64,000 nt of DNA from Nannocystales bacterium (lineage in GTDB: Bacteria; Myxococcota_A; Polyangia; Nannocystales; Nannocystaceae): assembly GCA_050633305.1 (NCBI GenBank), contig JBOEGF010000027.1, forward strand, positions 63,403-127,402. The letters run 5' to 3'. This document shows positions 59,033-64,000 of the stretch, in pieces (the first letter of the stretch is position 1; every line of letters begins with the position of its first letter). Under the pieces are notes generated by a model. That model did not search any database and was not told the DNA's origin. It worked only from the letters and a program-made list of their open reading frames with translations. The position numbers and the translations under genes are program-made.

Positions 59033-61036
59033 TCACCGCGGGCTCGCGGCGATGTTGCCGCCATCGACCGTGATCACGCACCCTGTGGTGCTCTGTGCCG
59101 TTGCGAGATAGACGAACGCATCGGCAACATCGCCGGCCGTGACGTCACGTTGCAAGAGATTGGAGCGGAAGTATGCGTCCACGTCGAGGCCCCGTGCTTG
59201 CGCCCGCTTCTTGACGTCGTCTTCATCCAACAGCCGGGTCCGAATGCGGTCGGCGTTGATGGCGTTCGCACGAATCCCTGCGTCGGCCCCCTCGATCGCG
59301 TATTGCTTCATCAACGCGTACAGCCCGGCCTTGGCCACCGCGTAGGGACCAAAGCCTTTGCCGGGGTTGAACGCAGCCTTCGACACATTGAACAACAGGC
59401 TTCCGCCCCGTCCTTGTGCCCGGAGGACCGTCGTCGCGGCGGACGCCAGGCTCTGGTGCGAGCGAAGATTCACCGCCAGGCTCGCCTCGAAGACATCGGG
59501 AGGGCACTCGTGGATTGGGGCTTGCGGGGCGGTGCCCGCGTTGGAGATGACGTGGTCGAGCCCCCCGAACGCCTCCACACATGTGCGGACCGCCGCTGCA
59601 ACCGCGCCGGGGTCCGTGACATCGAGGACGGCGAACTCCGCACCGAGCGTCCGTGCGACCTCGGCCACCGCGGGGTCTCGGTCGATGAGAAACAACGCAG
59701 CCCCCTGTCGTCCGAACGCTTGCGCGGTGGCCTCTCCGATTCCGGATGCGGCTCCCGTCACCAGGACCACGCGGCCCTGCAGCGGTGCGGGCTTCTTCCG
59801 GCCCAGCTTCGCTTGTTCGAGGGACCAATATTCCATGTCGAACAGGTCCGCATCCGGCAGCGCGTGATAGCGGCCGACCGCCTCGGCACCCCGAATCACC
59901 TCGATGGTGTGCTCGTAGAGGTCGGCGGCGACACAAGCAGCTCTCCGGGTCGCGCCCGCGGCCACGATGCCGACGCCGGGGATCAGCGCGACAACGGGGT
60001 CCGCGGAGAGCTTGGTCCGCGTGACCCCCTTCTCCGCCACTTGGGCGTCGAAGTAGGCGTCATACCGGCGCCGAAACGCCTGGACCTGTTCCGCGACGTA
60101 GCTCGACCAGTCGGACCCGCCGGCCTCCGGGTCCAGAAGCAGAGGAACGGCCTTGGTTCGAATGACGTGGTCCGGCGTCGCGGTGCCGCGCTGCGAGAGC
60201 GATGCGACGTTGGGGTCCGACGCGAACGCGAGCGCCGCGTCCGTCGCACGACGCTCCAGAATCACATCGCCCAAGTGTCCACGGAGCGCGGGAGCCAGCG
60301 CGGCATAGTCGGCCCGTTTGGTGGCGACCGAGACCACGGTCCGTTTCCGCGCCACGTGAGCCTCGGCCAGACTCACAGCCTCGATGTGACGCTCGTAGGC
60401 CAACTTGGCGGAGTCACCGAAGGTGAACAATCCGTGCTGAACGAGGAAGAGGCCTTCGCAGTTGGGCTGCGCCTCGGACGCCTCGGCAGCGAGCTTGGCG
60501 AGCGCGAAGCCGGGCATCACATACGGAACGACGGCGAGCCGCTCGCCAAACACCTCGTGCGCGAGGTCTGCGGCCTGCGCTTGGTCGGCCAAAGACAGGA
60601 TCGCGTCGGCGTGTGAGTGGTCGATGAACCGGTGCGGCAAGAACGCGTGCAGGAGCGTCTCGACGGAGGGGTTGGGCGCACGGGCGTTGAGCAACCGAGT
60701 CCGGGCCGCATTGACCATGTCCTCGTCGGACAACGCCGCCAACGTGCGGAGCCGTGCGAGCGTGTCGAGCCGGACGGCGGGCAACCCGGCCGGCTCAATG
60801 CCCCCGAGGTCCCACCCGCTCCCCTTGACGCATAGAACGTCGACCGGGTCCCCCAGGTCGTCGGGGAGCTGAGTCTTGACCGAGGTGTTGCCACCACCGT
60901 GAAGGACCAGCGCCGGTTCGGCACCGATCAGTCGCGACGTGTAGACGCGAAGCGCCACGTCTTCGTTGCTGCCGGGCACACCTGCCCAGCGTTCCATAGC
61001 CGCTTTCGCCTCCGCGTCGGACCACCGCGATCGCAT
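59033..61036 (-). CDS. Bifunctional class II aldolase / short-chain dehydrogenase
   Basis: LVLHGGGNTSVK, VKGSGWDL, PSVETLLH, DHSHAD, TPDHVIRTK, EYWSLEQAKL, then SDR motifs VTGAASGIG and YAVAK. Confidence 0.92.
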   Translation of the reverse strand: MRSRWSDAEAKAAMERWAGVPGSNEDVALRVYTSRLIGAEPALVLHGGGNTSVKTQLPDDLGDPVDVLCVKGSGWDLGGIEPAGLPAVRLDTLARLRTLAALSDEDMVNAARTRLLNARAPNPSVETLLHAFLPHRFIDHSHADAILSLADQAQAADLAHEVFGERLAVVPYVMPGFALAKLAAEASEAQPNCEGLFLVQHGLFTFGDSAKLAYERHIEAVSLAEAHVARKRTVVSVATKRADYAALAPALRGHLGDVILERRATDAALAFASDPNVASLSQRGTATPDHVIRTKAVPLLLDPEAGGSDWSSYVAEQVQAFRRRYDAYFDAQVAEKGVTRTKLSADPVVALIPGVGIVAAGATRRAACVAADLYEHTIEVIRGAEAVGRYHALPDADLFDMEYWSLEQAKLGRKKPAPLQGRVVLVTGAASGIGEATAQAFGRQGAALFLIDRDPAVAEVARTLGAEFAVLDVTDPGAVAAAVRTCVEAFGGLDHVISNAGTAPQAPIHECPPDVFEASLAVNLRSHQSLASAATTVLRAQGRGGSLLFNVSKAAFNPGKGFGPYAVAKAGLYALMKQYAIEGADAGIRANAINADRIRTRLLDEDDVKKRAQARGLDVDAYFRSNLLQRDVTAGDVADAFVYLATAQSTTGCVITVDGGNIAASPR

Positions 61037-61098
61037 GCCCGCCTGTTAGCACGGACCGCAGCCCCAGAGCCATGCACGAACCCCAGCAGGTTCTCAGG

Positions 61099-61782
61099 CT
61101 ACCGTGGCGACTTGTTCGCCGCCTTGTACGCGGCGAGCACGTCTTTGCACGAGGGCGACGTCGCGACATCGCGCGGGCTCTTGAGCGTGCCCAGCAGTCG
61201 ATCGCCGCCCACAACGGTCACGCCCATCCAGTAATGCTCGTTCTTGAAGTGGTGCAGACGATGGTGGCGCACCAGGAACTTCAAGTACCGCGACCGAGGC
61301 TTATAGGTGCAGTGGCACAGGTAGTGCGTCCACTCGTACACCAGCGCGATCAGAACCGACGTGGCTGTGAACGTGGCGGCCAGGCCTTGCGGCAGGAGCA
61401 GGTGGGCCACGACGGCCACGCCCACGAACACCAAGATGCCGCTGAGCACCGGGATGAACCACCAACGGGGCGCATGTGGATCGGTGTGGTGAGACCGGTG
61501 ATCCCGCGCAAGCCGGGTGTCGAGCGTGACGGGCCCAACTTTACGGGGCCGTGCATGCAGCACGAACACATGGATGAACCACTCCGTCATCGGCTGCAAG
61601 GCAACCTGTAGGAACACCAGCCCGAGGTCCCAGACCGCAAATCCGCCAAGCCAAACCCGATACGCGACCGCGTACACGGCAAAGCCCACCAACAGGCGAG
61701 GCGATGCGTTGCGAAAGAACAGTCGCGCCGCGTCGGAGAGACGCAGCCCGGGCGCGCGCGGGTGGGTGGCAGTGGCGTTCAT
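61099..61782 (-). CDS. Fatty acid hydroxylase / sterol desaturase family membrane protein
   Basis: His boxes EWFIHVFVLH, HRSHH, YEWTHYLCH, HHRLHHF. Confidence 0.9.
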   Translation of the reverse strand: MNATATHPRAPGLRLSDAARLFFRNASPRLLVGFAVYAVAYRVWLGGFAVWDLGLVFLQVALQPMTEWFIHVFVLHARPRKVGPVTLDTRLARDHRSHHTDPHAPRWWFIPVLSGILVFVGVAVVAHLLLPQGLAATFTATSVLIALVYEWTHYLCHCTYKPRSRYLKFLVRHHRLHHFKNEHYWMGVTVVGGDRLLGTLKSPRDVATSPSCKDVLAAYKAANKSPR

Positions 61783-62561
61783 GACAAGGGTCCTTCGGAG
61801 GAGGCGGAAGCGTCTGTTAAATTCGTATGGGGTGATTCTTGTTCAGCCGCCAGGGCTTCGAGCAGGTCGAAGACTCGGGCGGTGCCGCGTTGTACGAGGG
61901 CTTCGGCGGCTGCTCGAGCGGCGTCACCGTCTTCGGCCTGCACCGCGTCCAGGACGTCGCGGTGACCGCCGACATCGGAGACCTCGTCCGCCATGATCAC
62001 CACCAACGCACCGCGGATGAGCTCGTACGTGTCGCGCAATGTGTTGAACGAGAGCCGATACGCGACGTTGTCGGCGGCGCGGACGAGCACGTCCCAGAAC
62101 TCGAGGGAGTGGCTCTGCAGGACACCGAGGTCTTCGGTCCCGCCCATCGCAGTGACCAGTGCCGCGAGCTGCTGGACCGTCGCGTCGTCTCGGCGGGTGG
62201 CCGCCAGTCGTGCCACGTCGGGCGCGAGCGCAGAGCGCATCTCCATGACCGAGCGTGCGACGCGGACATCGATCTCTCCGTCGGCGCGGATCATGAGCGA
62301 GCCGAGCAGGTCGAGGCCGGCGGTCTTTCGATAGTCGAGAACTCGGGTTCCGCCGCCCTGCTGAATCTGGACCAGCCCGCTTTGGGCCAGTCGCTTCAGC
62401 GCCTCGCGGACGGCTCCCCGATTGACGCCGAGCACCTGCACCAGCTCGCGCTCGGAGGGCAGCAAGACTCCCGGCTCCATACGCCCATCCACGATTTCTC
62501 GGGAGAGCTGCTCGAACACCTGATCCGAGATGGTGCGGCGGTCGATCTTCTGAAGACCCAT
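61779..62561 (-). CDS. GntR/FadR family transcriptional regulator
   Basis: LPSEREL...LGVNRGAVREALKRL..GLV....GGGTRV plus an FCD-like C-terminus. ATGA overlap with the hydroxylase. Confidence 0.92.
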   Translation of the reverse strand: MGLQKIDRRTISDQVFEQLSREIVDGRMEPGVLLPSERELVQVLGVNRGAVREALKRLAQSGLVQIQQGGGTRVLDYRKTAGLDLLGSLMIRADGEIDVRVARSVMEMRSALAPDVARLAATRRDDATVQQLAALVTAMGGTEDLGVLQSHSLEFWDVLVRAADNVAYRLSFNTLRDTYELIRGALVVIMADEVSDVGGHRDVLDAVQAEDGDAARAAAEALVQRGTARVFDLLEALAAEQESPHTNLTDASASSEGPLS

Positions 62562-62595
62562 CGGACTCATCATGAGGCCGAGCCACCGGACCTTC

Positions 62596-62611
62596 AACTG
62601 GTCATACCATT
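62596..62611. promoter_or_regulatory. FadR/GntR-type operator
   Basis: AACTGGTCATACCATT contains the TGGT-N3-ACCA palindrome and lies upstream of the regulator. Confidence 0.6.
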
Positions 62612-62704
62612 AAACTGTCAGAGCGGTGGATTTGGGACGGTCGACAGCGGCTCTCAGCGGCTCGCGCAACTCCCGCCCCCCTCCGAGTCCGGTATCATCC
62701 TTCT

Positions 62705-64000
62705 ATGCTCCCGCTTCGGCTCGGCTCGACCGCGTTGCTCCTCGGTCTGTTCACGGTCGCATGCGACTCCGACCCCACGGCGGGAGGCGGCACTGACGGG
62801 GGAACCGGAAGCAGCGGCGGTACTGACGCCGTCATGGTCACGACGGATGTCACCGACCCGACGGCCCCCACGGACCCGTCGACGACGAGTCCAACGGGCC
62901 CCAGCGAGACGTCCGGGCCACCCACCGACGGCACCACATCCGACGCCACCACCACGACTCCCCCGGACTCGAACGGGCCCGACTGCGGGGACGGAGTCGC
63001 CGAGGGTGACGAGGAGTGTGACGGCGAAGACCTCGGAGATTGGGAATGCTCTGCGTTCGGGTTCATCGAGGGCACGCTCAGCTGCAACGAGATCTGCCAG
63101 CTCGAGTTCGATGACTGTCAGGCGTTCGCCTGCGGCGACGGGGAAGTAGAGCGGCGGGAAGTCTGTGACGGGGACAACCTGGACGAGCAAACCTGCGTCA
63201 GCCTCGGCTTCGACAACGGCACCCTCGCGTGCGCCGACGACTGCTTCGGGTTCGACACCGCCGGGTGTGGCACCTGCGGCGACGGCATCGTCGATCAGGC
63301 GGAGACCTGCGACTCAGCGGAGCTCGGCGATGAAAGCTGTCTGGAGCAGGGCTTCGACGGTGGCACGCTTGGCTGTGCCTCCGACTGCCTCGGCTACGAC
63401 ACGTCGAACTGCACGACCTGCGGTGATGGAAGCGTCGAGGGCACCGAGCAATGCGACGGGAACAACCTAGACGGGGGGAACTGCAGTTCTCAGGGATACG
63501 ACGCCGGAACTCTCCAGTGCAGCGGAAGCTGCGAGTTCGACGAGAGCGAGTGCTTCGACAACACCAACTGCTGTTTCGAGAACGGGAGTGCAGGATGCGA
63601 GGACACCGCGGTGGAGACCTGTGTCTGCGCTGCGGATGCGTTCTGCTGCAACACGGACTGGGATGAGCTGTGCGTCAACCGGGCGATCGACGAGTGCGGT
63701 GCGCAGTGTTCTCTGTGCGGGAACAGCAACCTCGAGGACGGCGAGGTCTGCGACAACAACCAGTTCGGCGGAGCCACATGCGTCACGATGGGCTTCGACA
63801 ACGGGGGGCTGTCGTGCACCAACGACTGCGGCACCATCAGCACGGCCAACTGCGGCACCTGTGGCAATGGGTCCATCGATCCCGCGGAGGACTGTGATGG
63901 GGGCAACCTTGGCGGGCAGTCCTGCGCAAGCCAGGGATTCGACGGCGGCACCCTGTCCTGCAATGCAAACTGCCTGAACTTCAACACCAGCAATTGCATC
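62705..64000 (+). CDS. Cys-rich repeat lipoprotein (myxobacterial disulfide repeats), partial, runs off the right edge
   Basis: Not in the ORF track. MLPLRLGSTALLLGLFTVAC lipobox, Thr/Pro/Ser linker, then at least 6 repeats CG[D/N]G.....E.CD...L....C...GF..GTL.C...C......C. Confidence 0.85.
   Translation, partial: MLPLRLGSTALLLGLFTVACDSDPTAGGGTDGGTGSSGGTDAVMVTTDVTDPTAPTDPSTTSPTGPSETSGPPTDGTTSDATTTTPPDSNGPDCGDGVAEGDEECDGEDLGDWECSAFGFIEGTLSCNEICQLEFDDCQAFACGDGEVERREVCDGDNLDEQTCVSLGFDNGTLACADDCFGFDTAGCGTCGDGIVDQAETCDSAELGDESCLEQGFDGGTLGCASDCLGYDTSNCTTCGDGSVEGTEQCDGNNLDGGNCSSQGYDAGTLQCSGSCEFDESECFDNTNCCFENGSAGCEDTAVETCVCAADAFCCNTDWDELCVNRAIDECGAQCSLCGNSNLEDGEVCDNNQFGGATCVTMGFDNGGLSCTNDCGTISTANCGTCGNGSIDPAEDCDGGNLGGQSCASQGFDGGTLSCNANCLNFNTSNCI

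Overview
High-GC bacterial DNA with a myxobacterial character: a MYXO-CTERM-like tail, Cys-rich lipoproteins and DUF1592/DUF1552 pairs. This suggests a Nannocystaceae-like host, which is an inference. Housekeeping and metabolic genes include glnS, groES/groEL with a CIRCE box, modABC, a cyclophilin, a CsoR copper module, an acyl-CoA dehydrogenase and several regulators with visible operators. Two regions stand out. (1) 37.5-38.1 kb holds a compact minus-strand array of four CCA-less long-variable-arm tRNA genes: Ser-GCT, Ser-GGA, Ser-TGA and Tyr-GTA. It is preceded by a sigma70-like promoter and a 36-codon leader ORF absent from the ORF track. The last 16 codons of that ORF contain 7 Ser and 1 Tyr codons, together covering all four tRNAs, which makes it a candidate translation-sensing attenuator controlling backup tRNAs. 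(2) 11.9-32.7 kb holds an H-NOX / hybrid kinase / Hpt / sigma54-activator signalling cluster. Next to it is an unusual synthase-dependent exopolysaccharide locus: GT2 synthase, BcsB-like protein, TPR+beta-barrel, GH16, PIG-L deacetylase, PHP protein, two ATP-grasp proteins and a GlmS. Five -24/-12 promoters lie across this region. All family assignments come from reading motifs by eye and no database search was run. Several start codons were reassigned manually and are approximate.
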